From Eledone cirrhosa (lineage: Eukaryota), in contig OZ024741.1 of NCBI GenBank assembly GCA_964016885.1, positions 162,130,001-162,194,000 on the forward strand: DNA of 64,000 nt. The letters are read 5' to 3'. A model generated the notes under the pieces. It was not told the DNA's origin and did no database searches. It saw only the letters and a list, made by a program, of their open reading frames with translations. Both the position numbers and the translations under genes were made by a program. Each line of letters opens with the position of its first letter. The first letter of the stretch is position 1. This document shows positions 36,317-51,169 of this stretch, piece by piece.

Positions 36317-37574
36317 GGTCGATGACAACAAGAAGTGTTCCAGATTCATCACTAAGGATGTAAGCGATTTGACGTTTGATAGACTGCAGTGGAAGAAAAT
36401 GGTCGCCAAGTTTCAGGTAGAGAGGTGTATGATCATGATAATATATTTGAAGTCCTCATAAAATCATCAGTAGTTGTGGGGCCTAAAAATTGTAGCGACG
36501 TTCATGGTTTAATTACGTTGTACATGATAGAGATGGTACGATACAATAATGTTTCCTCAATATGGGTAGTGTTTGGGACTTTGTGCTGCTGAAAGAGATT
36601 AGTTTGCTATAACACTATTGAAGGTTGTTTTTTTTTTTATCCTGCTGACAGTGCCGGTCTAGCGTGAATTGTTCAGTTGCATGTGGATGACGCCTATGCA
36701 GAATGTTTAGGAGGAATAAAGAGTGGTGTCATCTGTTGTAGAAGTACATACTGTTAGAAGTGACAGTAGGAACAGTGAGGAAAATATTGCCACAGCTTAA
36801 AGTACACCAGAGTTAACATAGTTTGTATCAGAGTGAAACCTGGCGGTCCACAAAGCAACAGTAAGTTTAATAGAACAGTTGGATGACAGATGAAAACCAT
36901 TGGTGGCTAACTTAGCCAGGAAGTTCTCTTGTTAGACACAGTAGGTAGCGTAAGAGAGAAGAACTACAATAGGGATGGTTCTATGGAAGCTGTGCTGATG
37001 GTTACTAAGGAATGAAAGATACTCAAGACGAATAAGATGACTATGAACAATTATTTTTATGACTAGTTCCATCATCTTTGAGATACTCGAATTGAAAACG
37101 ATGTCGGTAGTCAGTAGGATTAGAGAGTTTGCTATTTTCTATGGCCGGAAAATGTTGCATAAATATTTTCTTCTTATACGCGACGAATTGGTAGAATAGT
37201 TGGAGTGTTGTGTAAAATGCCTTGTGGTGGTATTTGTTCCAGCTCTCACACCAAGGTCAACTTTGCTTTTAATCCCTCCAGTACCTACCAATGCGATTCT
37301 CCTCTCTCTCTCTCTCTCTCTCTCTCTGACTCAGCAACGTTTCGCTCTGAGAAGTGGTGGTGGTGGTGGTGGAGAACTCATGGTAAACACTTCGCACAGA
37401 AAAAAAGATAATATGCTACAAAAACAGCTCAAGCAACAGGCATTTAAAAAATATTTTTTCTTTAATTTTAGCCATCATTGTCATCCATGAGACCTCAAAA
37501 CCTCTACGAAAACTGCCATCCTCACTGGCTCACATACAAACGAAAGGTAAAAGCTTAATTAGAATTTATTATAT

Positions 37575-38410
37575 AGATCCAAAGGTTCAAATTTGGTGAA
37601 GAAAAAAGTCGATTATGTTGAACCACTATTTGATTGATACTTGATCTTTATCAAACCGGGAAGGATTAAAGACAAAGTTGACCTCGGTGGAATGTAAGTC
37701 AGATGTAAAGCGTCTGAAGAAATAAACCAAGACAGTTTGTCCAACATAGATCAACTACTCTGGGTAAGGATTTAATAATGGCTTCCGATTTAGGCACAAG
37801 GCCAGCAATTTTGGCGGAGGGGAAAATCGATTAAACCGATACCAGTGCATTACTGGCGCTTTATTTTATCGACCCCTTCAGGATGAAAGGCAAAGGTAGC
37901 CTCGGCGAAATTTGAACTCAAACGTAAATGGCCGTAACTCTATGCTGCAAAACATGGTGTTCGACGCTCTACCGATTTAATAATGGCTTCTAATTTGAGT
38001 ACAAGGCCAACAATTTATAAGAAAGGAAAATCGATTACAACTACCTCTGTACATGACTGGTACTTTATTTTATTGTCCCCGGAAGGATGAAATGCAAAGA
38101 TGGCCTTGAAGGGATTTCAACTCAGAAGGTAAAGAGCCAGAACAAATACTGCTAAACATTTGTCCGGCGCACTAACGATTCTGCCAGCCTACCGCTCTAG
38201 TAATAATTGAATATTAAAATCATATGGTACACTATGTTCATTCCACAGAAAATCACATGGTGTATTGAATAATAGGGAGCAAGTTGGCAGATTTTAGAGC
38301 GTCGGAGAATAGGATGCTTTGCAGTACTCGTTCAAGTGCCATTGAGGTCAACTTTACCTTCCATTCTTTCGGGATGGATAAATAAATTACCAGTCCATTA
38401 CCGCGATCGA
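37575..38410. mobile_element. Cluster of four MetaSINE-like copies (three minus, one plus)
   Basis: Repeated ggcacaaggcc...gaccc..ggatgaaaggcaaag...gatttgaactcag blocks. Confidence 0.75.
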
Positions 38411-38744
38411 TTCTTTTTCTTCTCTCTTTTTGTCTTTCTCTCTGTCCTTTTTCTCGCTGAAAGAAACCAGCTGTGGGCAGGCCTGGAGATGGATGGGCTC
38501 CGCCAGACTTTAAATGCCCACAGCAAGCTGTATATCATGACGGCGTCTCTACGACTCCATCAAGAGCTAAGGACACAAGGAGTCCATTACTGTGATCTTC
38601 TCTCTTTCTGTCTTTTTTCTTTGAAAGATACCAGCTGTGGTCAAGCCAGGAGATGGATGGGCTCCGCCAGATTTTAAATGTCCACAGCAAGCTGTATATC
38701 ATGACAGCATCTCTACGACTCCACCAAGAGTTTAGGACACAAGG
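38392..38744 (+). repeat. Tandem duplication (~189-bp period) of an exon-like segment
   Basis: agtccattac...polypyrimidine...ccagctgtgg...ggacacaagga occurs at 38392 and 38581. Confidence 0.85.
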
Positions 38745-40667
38745 ATATTGAATGATGCTGTTAATTCTCTTAGTTAAAGGTGGCACCATAAATACAAATA
38801 TGTTTAGAACCTGAAAGAAAGACATAAGGAACATGTGTAAGAAAACGAGTCACGGGCAAAAAAATGTGATTGTTGAACTACTTAACTTTTAGTTGAACCG
38901 ATTATCAGACTAAAGCAATAATGGCCACTTGATATGGAATAGCTGATTATCTAAAGACGTGTTGATCAGTCAAGGATTAATAATGCATTATCTTCATACC
39001 GATTTATTTATCACGTTTTTAGTTGTGTGTATTTGATGAAAACAACATTTTCTGATGTTGTTGTTTGTTTGTTTTTTTTTACAGAAAAGAAAGAAAAGAG
39101 AAAACAATCATTAATTATTCAAACTTATTTTTATTCAATATTGTCGTGCGTGAAAATTATTTTCAAATAACTTTGGGGCAGAAAGTGTGCAGGAGAAAGA
39201 GGGGAGAGGGAGAGTAATCGTGCTATAATTTTATTAAAATAAGACAGAAATACGTTTGTTCCTTATTGAACATTTTATTATTTTAAAATTATCTTTAAAT
39301 ATTGATTTTATTTTTAACAACTATATACAAATTAATTTATTTCCAAAGAAGGAAATGTGGAATGTTGAGAAATTTGTTTCGGCTCTCTGAACTAGGAGTT
39401 CAAATCTCATCAACATCAAATTTGCCTTTCATTCTTTCGAAACTCGATAAAATACGAGGGTTACCTGGTGGAATTGTTAGAGTGTTGACCGACGGGGTCT
39501 CTTGTGGTTTTTGTTACAAACCCCGCCCCCTGTCACCGGAAAAAATGTGATATGATAGGATTGAGGCTCCTATCAACAAAACACTCAAGAAACCTTCAGT
39601 GGCCTGCACCCTTGTGAGAGGCAAGCGAAATCTGTGTAGGCATGAACCGTAACAACAGCAACATTCTGGTAGACATATTGTTAACAATTATCGAGTAAGT
39701 TAGGTGTCCATCTGTGAAATCGTATCAAATACCACTAGGGTTGACCTTTCATTTCATCCTCCCAGGGTCTATAAAATATATACCAAGCATGGAGTCTCGA
39801 TGATACCTTAACCCTAAAAATGGCAGAAATCATTACTATTCAAACTCTTGAAGCGGCTGCTGGGCAGAATTGGTAGAGCATCAAACAAAATTTATTACAG
39901 CTTTTTACATTCTGAGTTAAAATCCGTTGAGGTCAATTGTGTCTGTTGTGTAGATAAAAATAAAATATCAGTCAAGTACTTGGTCTGATTTAATCGATTA
40001 ACCACTGCCCCCAAGTTTCTGGCCTTGTGCTTATTTTAAAAAAATTATCCAAAGCTTTTCCAAAATGACCTGTCTGAGGATATCTATCTCCCACCAGTCG
40101 CAAGTATTTAGGCCATGCCTCCTGACTGAGGGTATCTACCCACCCCCACCAGTCTCAGAGGTGGGGAGCTGTGTTCCTGGTCTTTACAAGCCCTCCCGGA
40201 CCAAAAAGATTGATGTTCCCCTGAAACAGTTGTATGTTGACGATTTAAGGAAAACATTGACAGGGAAAGGAATTTCAGAGGACTGACGACTGAGCGTGGT
40301 GGTTAGTTTTGGCTTGTGGTGAGGGGAAGCACGATATGAGTGACGATGCAAGGAGCTCTAGGGAGGCCGGTGTATTTGAGTGGAAGTGGTACAAAACCAG
40401 TGAGTTCTGAAAAACATCGACAGTGTGGTAACGGTAGAAAAGATACAAAGAGAAGATACCACATATATGGGTCAGATGTTTTGGGGTGTGTTGGTGAGCG
40501 TCTCCGTTCTATTTTTTTGGCGGTTTGGTCTATGATATATATTTGTCTAACTACAGCTTTGTTATGGGATAGTGATCTATTAAACGAAACACCATTCAAG
40601 ACGCAAACTTTGTAAAGGCTTAGTCTTCAGGTTGTGTCAACCTAGTGAGTAACATAACTCTCTTGAT

Positions 40668-40871
40668 CAGCATTTCCCAACTGGTGTTCCCCTGAACCTT
40701 ATGGTTCCGCAAAACGTCGCTAGGGGTTCCACAAGAAACAGTGATAAATAAGGTAAAAGTGGTGGATATTAATAATTACACACAGTATATAATAATTTTT
40801 ATACAGGGGTTCCTTGAAACTTGAACATTATTTCAAGGGTTCCTCAAGGGTATAAAGGTTGAGAAACGCTA
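40668..40871. mobile_element. hAT-like MITE (decayed)
   Basis: Imperfect TIRs cagcatttcccaa / ttgagaaacgcta and internal ggggttcc subterminal repeats. No clear TSD. Confidence 0.55.
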
Positions 40872-41204
40872 CTTCATATTATTGACTATGGTTGTAAATC
40901 GTGGACACGAAGGGTAAATAAAATAAAATAGCTCAACTAAGGATCGTTTCAACCAGAAATCAAATTTATATCGACCTCCCGAGGAGTTTTGCTCCCACTT
41001 TAACAATATATTCGGAAGATATTAACATTACTCAAAACTACCTTTTGATCACAAGTGTTCTTTCGAAACAAAAAATAACTTCAAGCTCTTCTAAACTCCA
41101 TAATTCATATTCGCCGTAGTTCTAATCTGGAGGTTTCCAGTTTGATCAAAGCAATAATTTGTTTAATTGGCACCGAACAGTGTTAAACATTTGTTTTCTG
41201 TAAA

Positions 41205-42800
41205 TAATAATGGTTTCTGATTTAGGCACAAGTCCAACAATTTTGGAGGAAGGGAAGTCGATTAAATGGACCCCAGTGTACTACTGGTATTTTATTTTAC
41301 CGACCCCCGTAAGGATGAAAGGCAAAGCTAACCATAGCGGGATTAAAACTCAGAAGGTAAAGGGCCGTAGCTCTATGCTGCAAAGCATGTTGTCCGACAT
41401 TTTACCGATACTGCGAACCCACCGCCCTGGTAAATAATAATTTGGTTGACTTACGAAGCATTGAGAAATTTGAAAACATAGTCGCCATGAAAACTATTGA
41501 ATACTATAGATAATAGTTAAATAAATTGGGTAAAGTACTTCTGGAAACGGAAACATATTGGGCAAACATTACTGCGGCGAATTGAACATTACATCCCTCG
41601 AATGCCGGGTGAGGGCTTTTAACTATTACGCCAATGGATCCCTGGCCCCTTGTTACTGTCTTTTTAGAATATTTAAGCATGAAGCTAGAAGTGTAAATAA
41701 GACTTGGTTGACTTAGGAGATATTGGAAAATTTGAAAATATAGTCGTCACAGTGCAGGTAACTATAATTGTTTCTACTTTTGGCACAAGGCCAGCAATTA
41801 CCCCAGTACATTACTGGTACTTTATTTTAATGTTATCAACCTCGTAAGGATGAAAGGCACAGTTAACCTCGGTGGGGTTTGAACTCAGGCCATAAAGGGC
41901 CGTAAATCTATGCTGCAAAGCATGGTGTCCGACACTCTACCGATACCGCCAATCCACCAATAATAATTGTTTCTACTTTTGGCACAAGGCCAGCAATTAT
42001 CCCAGTGCATTACTGGTACTTTATTTTATCGACCCCGTAAGGATGAAAGGCAAAGTTAACCTTGGCAGGATTTGATTTGAACTCAGAACATTAAGGGCCA
42101 TAACTCTATGCTGCAAAGCATGATGTCTGGCGCTCTACCGATTCTGGTTAAACATACTCGATTGGTATACGAGAGATGCATCGTTCGATACCCGGCAGAT
42201 GTCTCTGTCCAATTCTTTTTCCGTCTCCAGGGGTACTTTACCCGATTTATTCAACTAATGTCTATAGTTATCAACTATTATTGTAGCTACCAGTATTGAA
42301 GCAACTATATTTTCAAATAATAAATGAATATGTACCGAATGATACTTAGTTCTATTATTTACCTATCAATGTGGATTGGCAGAATCGGTAGAGCGTCGGA
42401 CAGTTTGCTTAGCGACGTAGAGTTATGGCCCTTTACGTTCTGAGTTCAAATCCCGCCCTTTGCCTTTCATCCTTACGGGATCGATAAATAAAGCACCAGT
42501 TAAGCATTGGGGTCGATTTAATCGATTTTCCTCTCCCCTAAAATTACTGGCTTTATGCCTAAGGTAGAAACAATTATTTTCCCCACTCTTAGACTGAGGT
42601 TAAGTAGTAAAATCGTTAGTGCGGTGGACAAAATACTTGTCCATCGCGGTATTTTGTTTCTGAGTTCAAATCATGCCGAGGTAAATCAACTTTACCTTTC
42701 ATGCTTTCGGAAGAGATAAAAGAAAGTGCCGGTCAAGTACTGAGGTCGATATAATCGACTTGCCCATTCCCCAAATTGCTTTGTGTCTAAATTAGAATTT
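41205..42800. mobile_element. Cluster of five MetaSINE-like copies (41205-41428, 41765-41960, 41962-42146 minus; 42368-42575, 42595-42800 plus)
   Basis: Same A/B boxes and Meta-type domain as the other copies. Confidence 0.78.
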
Positions 42801-42860
42801 CTTATTTTAACTTACTATCCGCTCCCAAAATAATCTTCTGCGGCCCAAACAAACTAATAC

Positions 42861-43672
42861 AGACATGTGTCACGAAAAATTAATTTCATTGAATTTATGG
42901 AACAACCTTCTTATGTTTACAAAAGGTTATTGAACTCAAATATGATGTTTGACTACATAGTTCTATCGCATGTGTTAAAACGTGATAACTCATTAATTTA
43001 TTGGATATACAAGATTCCACCCCAGGCCTTGCTTATGTTGTAACGATAAAAACAAGGATTTACCTGATAATTATCTCTCCTTATTAGTAAAGTATTAATC
43101 GTTGTGCAAATTATTTATTTCAGTCTAAAAATAGAAAGTTAATTAAACCCACGTGTCTTAAAATGCTTATCGAATCTCGTTTTTCTGTCGGCTGTTTAAC
43201 ATCATTTTTTTATGTGGTTCAAGAATAGGGAAAATTATTGATGAGTCTGAAAAAAGACATGTCACGAAAAATTAATTTCATTGAATTTATGGAACAACCT
43301 TCTTATGTTTACAAAAGGTTATTGAACTCAAATATGATGTTTGACTACATAGTTCTATCGCATGTGTTAAAACGTGATAACTCATTAATTTATTGGATAT
43401 ACAAGATTCCACCCCAGGCCTTGCTTATGTTGTAACGATAAAAACAAGGATTTACCTGATAATTATCTCTCCTTATTAGTAAAGTATTAATCGTTGTGCA
43501 AATTATTTATTTCAGTGTAAAGATATATTTCTTTATTTCAGTGTAAAGATAGAAAGTTAATTAGACCCACGTGTCTTAAAATGCTTATCGAATCTCATTT
43601 TTCTGTCGGCTGTTTAACATCATTTTTTTATGTGGTTCAAGAATATGGAAAATTATTGATGAGTCTGAAAAA
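42861..43672 (+). repeat. Near-identical tandem duplication, period 392 bp
   Basis: cacgaaaaattaatttcattg at 42871 and 43263. The second copy has a short internal re-duplication (tttatttcagtgtaaagata). Confidence 0.9.
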
Positions 43673-45300
43673 AAAAGAATAAGAAAGAAGAGTGGGAGAG
43701 AGAACGAATAAGGAGGAATAGTGGAGGAGAGGAAGGGTAATAAGTAAAGGAGAGTAAGAATAAATATGATAAATGAAGAGGAGAAAATGTTATCGCAAAC
43801 GTACTCTCTCTCTCTCACTCTCTCTCTCCTTTCTCCCCCCCCCCTCTCTCTCTGACCGATTTATACCAAGTGTACGAGCCACTTGTGTTGCTCACGTGAA
43901 TACCCTTCTCTTCTTATTTCATATTGTTGTGATGAGTGGCTACATCTGATGATCCGAAGTTGTTATTGTTTAGGCCTAGGTCAACCCTAATCGAGCAAAT
44001 TTACAATAATAGACAATCGAGTCATGACCATCGCGTAGAACTACCTTATCTTCCAGAAGAGCCCTGACTTCAAGTCAGTTTTGATAAACAATTACAGTCA
44101 TTTTACAACACGCGTGGTACTATTATCTGTTGACACTCTCATGAGTTTCATTCACAAATGCCTGCTCTTATTTTCATTGATCCCAGATTTATAATTCGAC
44201 AATTAAATGTAATAAGTTATATATATACAGGGTATCCTAAAAATATATACACACTTTGATTACCTGTACAGGCAATATTTATTAGAATGCCTTATAATTA
44301 AACTTTAAAAAAAGTTTATTATTAAATTAGATATATGCATTTGTCTAAATATAAACAAAGATTATATTGTCTAAAGGTTAAGATGATATCTATCAGTTAC
44401 ATATAACATAATACAATACAATAAGGCCTTTAGATGCTTTAAGGCATTCTAATTGTTAATCTTAATTTTTAAAATTATAACTGTAATTATTTTATAAATT
44501 ATATAATGTGAATTATTTTCAATATAATATAAATAATTAAATATAATATAATAAAATTTCATAAGAATTACCTTCGTGAGGATGAAAATATTATGTCTTC
44601 TTTCTCATGTTTGCAAATAGTTTAAATATGATTTCATAAAATATGATTTTATGAATTAAATATGATAGTATACTTTAATATTAATACAGATATTTATAAA
44701 CTTTTATAGCCTGAAATATTATACACTTTGATTAATTCATTACTCTGAACTAACTTAAATGATTTGAAAGTGAACGGTCAACCGGATACGTTTGGATAGT
44801 ATATATAACTAATTAACTAAGGACTGGAAATTAACCTTCATATAATTACACCCAGTTATATTTAAGATTTAGATTGATGAATACTTCTAGATAATTCATT
44901 AATTCAAAGATTCGAGTTTACTCTTTCGCAAAGCTATGCCCAAATGTATAGTTCTGTATAGATATATATAATTCATCCCTCCCTATGTTTTACACTATAA
45001 AAATTATTCCTCTTTGTCTCTCTTTCCTTGATCAATTCTCTTTTGCTCTCTATACTTCTACTATCTATATTATCCCCTCATCTGCTTTCTCTCTGTCTTT
45101 CTTTTTTCTTTCCTCTTTCTTCAGTTATGTAAATTTCTGTTATGTATTTTTAAGCTTTCTCAAACGCACTCTCTGTATTATATGTATGTTTTTTCATGTC
45201 TCAATCTTAAGGTATATAAATATTGAGTTTTGTCATATCTTTCTCACTACCATGACTGGATCTTAACCATTTACTATGTCGGGGTATGTCATGCATCATC

Positions 45301-45369
45301 ATATTTTATCTGATGAGGACGTACTGTTGAAGTTAGCTCAGTACCTCTGAAATATGTATAATGAAATAT
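45301..45369 (+). ncRNA. Solitary type I hammerhead ribozyme
   Basis: AUAUUUUAU-CUGAUGA-GGACGUACUG(12 nt)CAGUACCUCU-GAAAUA-UG-UAUA^AUGAAAUAU. 9-bp stem I, stem II with 9 of 10 pairs, short stem III. Predicted cut after 45360. Confidence 0.75.
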
Positions 45370-45410
45370 ACTTGATCACAAGAATTGCCTATTTTTGTTA
45401 ATATTTTGAA

Positions 45411-45595
<185 letters not shown>

Positions 45596-46565
45596 GTGAG
45601 GTGGTGAAGGCGCATGACCTAGGAGTTAAGGTAATTTGTTCACCCCTATAAGGTCGTGAGTTCGATTCCCAGGAGTATATTGTCTGCCAGAGAATGACAT
45701 TTTATTTCACGTTGCTCCAGTACACTCACCGGGGAAAAATGAGTCGTACCGCCTGTAATTCAAAAGGCATACCTTGTCATACATCGTATCACATTGAATC
45801 TCCCTGTACGAGTCCCTGGAATGTTCAACCATTTGCATGTTAATTTCACGAGCAGACTGTTCTATTGTTCAAACATCTGGTATATTCATTTTGGGAATCG
45901 ATGGAGGGCCAACAAAACAAACAAGCATAGATACCACGCATATCTTTGAAAGATCGAAGGATTCCGTCCATCGTAAGCTAGAGATATTTTTTCATCAAGC
46001 AAATTCAACATTTAGCGTTCGAATCGCAGCAGTAATTTTACTTCCTTCATATGTTGGTAGCTGGTGTAAAGGAAAATGTACAGTAATTTAATGTGTGATT
46101 ATTCATGCAAATTATACTGGCCAAAAAATTATTCGTATTTTTCTATGCCAACTAATCCAAGTCAACTTTGTCAACTAATCTTAAGTCGGGTTGAATAGGT
46201 GCAATAAAACCAAAATACTATCTGAGCTGCATTTTGTTTACAAACAAAGATCATAATTTTCCTTAAGTAAATTCATTTCTTATTGAGACACAAGGCTTGC
46301 AAATTTGGGGTGAGAACAAAGTTGATTAAATCAACCCCAGTATTTGACTGGTACTTTATTTTATCGGCGGAAGGATGAAAAGCAAAGTTGGTCTTGGCGA
46401 AATTTGAACTTAGAACCTAATGCTGTAACTAAAGGCCACAAAGCATTATTGGGGATTAAATAATATAACTTTCTCATTATTAAGCTGGTGTTTGGAACAT
46501 AACAAAGTTTCTTACATAAAATTATGATAAAATATATTTTTTTTAGATAAATATAGACACTTTAA

Positions 46566-46779
46566 CCCGTTATCATTTACATTACTCTATATTTAAGTTT
46601 CACGGTAAAGGCTTTACCTCACATAATTATCTCACATAATATCAAATCTATGAGATTTTGATGTTATTTATTTTGAAAACAATACCTTAACATTGGTATG
46701 AGTGGCGGATTACAGCTGGTTTGGACAGAAAGAGGTGAAAGAATTCTGGCTGGATACGTCCGGTTTAAATGCTAAAGGG
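46566..46779. mobile_element. piggyBac-like MITE
   Basis: TTAA|CCCGTTATCATTTA ... TAAATGCTAAAGGG|TTAA (12/14 TIR match, TTAA flanks). A more decayed similar element lies at ~21980-22211. Confidence 0.65.
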
Positions 46780-47649
46780 TTAAAACAGTTTTGTATCTTA
46801 AACGGGCGCTGGTTTCAAACGATTACAAAAGTATTGTTTTTCTCCGCAAAATCTGGATGAAGAAGCCTCACGAGGTAGTGTATTTGATGCAACAGGTGTC
46901 GCTGGCTGTTCCCCGAGGCAGTAACCTCGCCATTTTGTCCGCCTAGACCGACGTGTAGAATCTACTGCTCCCTTCCATCTTTCCCTACTTTCACTATTTA
47001 ATATTTTATGAGATTTAAAAAAAAAAAAGACAAACGTTGACGCATTGCAAATGTCTTTTTTTAATTTTTAAATAAAATTTAACTTTATCCTCAAAAAGGT
47101 TAAAATGTCCGACAGCAGTAAAACAGAATTTAAAAAAAAATCGGCGGCGGTGGAGGAATAACGTATAAACGTATGGTTGAAGTTGGTTGGGTAAAGTTGA
47201 GGGAGGGCTGCTTGAATGCAAAGCTTAATTTCTGTCAGTATTTGAAAGGAGGAGATATATGTATGATCTAAGTGTTGTAGTTGGGATGTCAAGATGACCG
47301 GACTAAAAGAAATGACTAAGTGGTGTTAAAGGAAGAAATGAAGAAACTCCAAATGAACTACAGAAAGAGTGAGAACAACAATAATAGCGACAACAACAAC
47401 TAAGACAACAGTAATAACAAATATACAGAAATAGAAGATGAAGAAATAAAGGAGAGGAGTGATGAAGAGAGGTGAGAGAGGAGGAGATGTTAAATTATAG
47501 AGTGAGAGTGATTCGGAGAGAAAGTGAGAGAGGGGGAGGGCAAGGGAGTATGAGTGCGTGGGAGTGATGATGTAGAGGGAAGGGGCGCAAGAGAGGGGAG
47601 GGAAAATGAGTGAGAGTGATGCAGAGAGAGGGAGAGATAGAGGAGAGAT

Positions 47650-47683
<34 letters not shown>

Positions 47684-47865
47684 TGCTGAGAGGTGAGGTG
47701 GGGGTGAGGGTGAAATGCTAGGTGAAGAAAATGAGAGAATATGTAAAAAAATGAGAGAGAAAGTGAAAGTAAGATAGGGGGGGGGGTATAGAGTGTTAAT
47801 ATCTGTTTCTATAGCAACATTAGTTATCAACAATAGCAAGACAAATATATGGTGATAGTGATGGC

Positions 47866-48290
<425 letters not shown>

Positions 48291-48464
48291 GTGAGATACA
48301 TAAGTGGGAAGATATGAATTAAGTTGAATCATGTGCTAAAGAGGGGGGATCCTTGTCACGAGATGTATGATTGGAGCACCTGACGTCAGTTCCACCATGG
48401 ATATTACCTGGGGGGAGGGGAAAACATGGACAATTAACTGGTTGTACTTCTACATGACTAGCAA

Positions 48465-49147
48465 AACAACAACACACAACACCAACAACAATAACAACAT
48501 CAACTGTAGCCATAACAAGATCAACAACTGAAGCAACACCACCACCAACAACAACAACAACAGCACACACCACCCCCGACAACATCAACAACAACACCCA
48601 CCACCACCAACAACAACAATAACACCCACCACCACCACCAACAACACCCAACACCACCACCAACAACAGCACACACCACCCCCGACAACAACAACAACAA
48701 CACCCACCACCACCACCACCCCCGACAACATCAACAACAACACCCACCACCACCAACAACAACAACAACACCCACCACCACCACCAACAACAACACCCAC
48801 CACCACCAACAACAACATCAACAACAACACCCACCACCACCAACAACAACAACAGCACACACCACCCCCGACAACAACAACACCCACCCCAATAACAACA
48901 ACAACAACATCACCCCCAACAACAACACCCACTCCAACAACAACAACAACAACACCCACCACCCCCAACAACAACAACACCCACCCCAATAACAACAACA
49001 ACACCCACCCCAATAACAACAACAACAATACCCATCACACCCACCAACAACAATAATAGTAGCAACAACAACACCTATCAATATTATCAGCAACAACAAC
49101 AACAACAGCAACAGCAACAACAGCAACAGCAACAGCAACAACAACAG

Positions 49148-49179
<32 letters not shown>

Positions 49180-49289
49180 GCAGCAACACACAACACCCAT
49201 CTGCAACAACAAAAATAACAACAACAACAATAGCAGCAACAAAACACATACGACGACACCACCACCACCAACAAAACACATACGACGAC

Positions 49290-49320
<31 letters not shown>

Positions 49321-49852
49321 CACACACCAACAACAACACACAAACAACGCACACCATCTCCACCGTCACCACTGACAACAACAACACACCATCTCCACCA
49401 ACACCACCAACACACTCCTAACAACACACACCACCTCCACCATCACCACCAACACCATCAACACCAACACACACTCCTAACAACACACACCACCTCCACC
49501 ATCACCACCAACACCAACACACACCACCTCCACCATCACCACTGACAACAATACACAAACAACAACACACCGCCTCCACCAACACCACCAACACCAACAC
49601 CACCAACACACACTCCTAACAACACACACCACCTCCACCATCACCACCAACACCAACACACACACCAACAGTAACGCACAAACAACACACACCACCTCCA
49701 CCATCACCACTAACAACACTACACAAACAACAACACACCACCACTGACAACAACAACACACACCAACAGCGACAACAGCAACAAAAACAAAGCAACAGCA
49801 ACACAATCAACACCTACTATCACCTCCAACAACAACATTAACAGCAACAACA
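48465..49852. repeat. ~1.4-kb CAA/CAC-rich low-complexity tract with internal higher-order repeats
   Basis: Almost only C and A on the + strand. Recurrent blocks such as cagcacacaccacccccgacaac and cacacaccacctccaccatcaccac. Confidence 0.9.
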
Positions 49853-49904
49853 CTGAGCCAGTAAAGAGAAGGTGGTACTATCATTGTCTAGTAAATTTGT
49901 GTTT

Positions 49905-50427
49905 AGACCTGGTTTACTGTAACATGTAACCCAGTACAACCTGTCACATGGTCAGGTCGTCGGCGACTAAACCGGCAACCCCACCAAGTTTACTTGGTGA
50001 GGAGGGTGATTTGGGACACCCTGCAGGACAAAAAACAAAACCTGACAAAGGGCTGAAGAACTTATAAGAGTCAACGGCCATCCAAAAGTGTGTAAATATG
50101 TATATACACATGTACCGCGCGGTGAAACCACTGGGAGTGAAGGACCCCTAGCCTTTGTCAGGGCATTCTTCTGGATTCTAGGAGAAGGCAACTCAGAAAA
50201 CTGGGATAACTCCGATATAAAACCTGCGGCTCAGTAGTTACCGATGATGTTGATCTTTTCTTCTTTTCAGGTTATAACTACTGTCGCTCAGAGAGTGGGA
50301 TTGGCTCAGTGCACACTTTCCTCACTTTAAAAAATATCTTTCACGTACAGGCATTGCACGATAGAATTAATTAATAATTATTAATAATGGTATATCATGC
50401 AATGGCCATACTCGGTAACGAGAGGCA

Positions 50428-50433
<6 letters not shown>
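49905..50433 (+). mobile_element. Non-autonomous RTE-5'UTR-like element (same family as 5311-6503), (AT)n tail
   Basis: aacatgtaacccagtacaacctgtcacatggtcaggtcgtcggcgactaaaccggcaaccccaccaag...ctaggagaaggcaactc...ggccatactcggtaacgagaggcagccatc then (AT)n at 50434-50503. Confidence 0.7.
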
Positions 50434-50510
<77 letters not shown>

Positions 50511-51169
50511 ATTAGTATTTGGTAATATCTACACAGAAATTAAGTTATGACTGTCACCATAAATAATAGTACATACCAATAAAAAGACAAGTAGATTTGT
50601 TGAAAGTTGAGCGAAAATGACGAGTATGGTTTGAGTGAATGAACTTACCCTCAGCAAATGATCTGTAAACCGGAGAATTCAGCTGCTAAAAGACACTTTA
50701 CCTTGGCAGTCAGGATCCTTCATCGACTCTAGGTAGCGGTCCTCTTTTTGGAACGTTATCATTTCGTATGCTGTGGGTGTATACCATTACTTTTCATTTC
50801 ATTTCATTCCTTTCCATTGTGACCCCCCTCCCTCTCCCCTCACATGTCCTTAATGTCTCCTCATCCGTCGCCCCTGTATTAATAACAGAACAAAAAAAAA
50901 AATCATTATTATTATTAGCTTTGCCTTTCATCCTTACGGGGTCGATAAAATAAAGCACCAGTTATGCACTGGGATCGATTTAATCAACTTTCCCTTCTCC
51001 TTCAAACCGCTGACCTTGTGTCTAAAGTTCTCAAGTAGAAACAATTATTATCATTATTAAAATTCTATTTTACACAAAGGAAACCCCACACTGTATCGGC
51101 CTGTACTGTCTTTAATGTCTCTTTAATGTGAGCCCCGTGTGACTAATAAAGAAAGCATTATTATTATCA

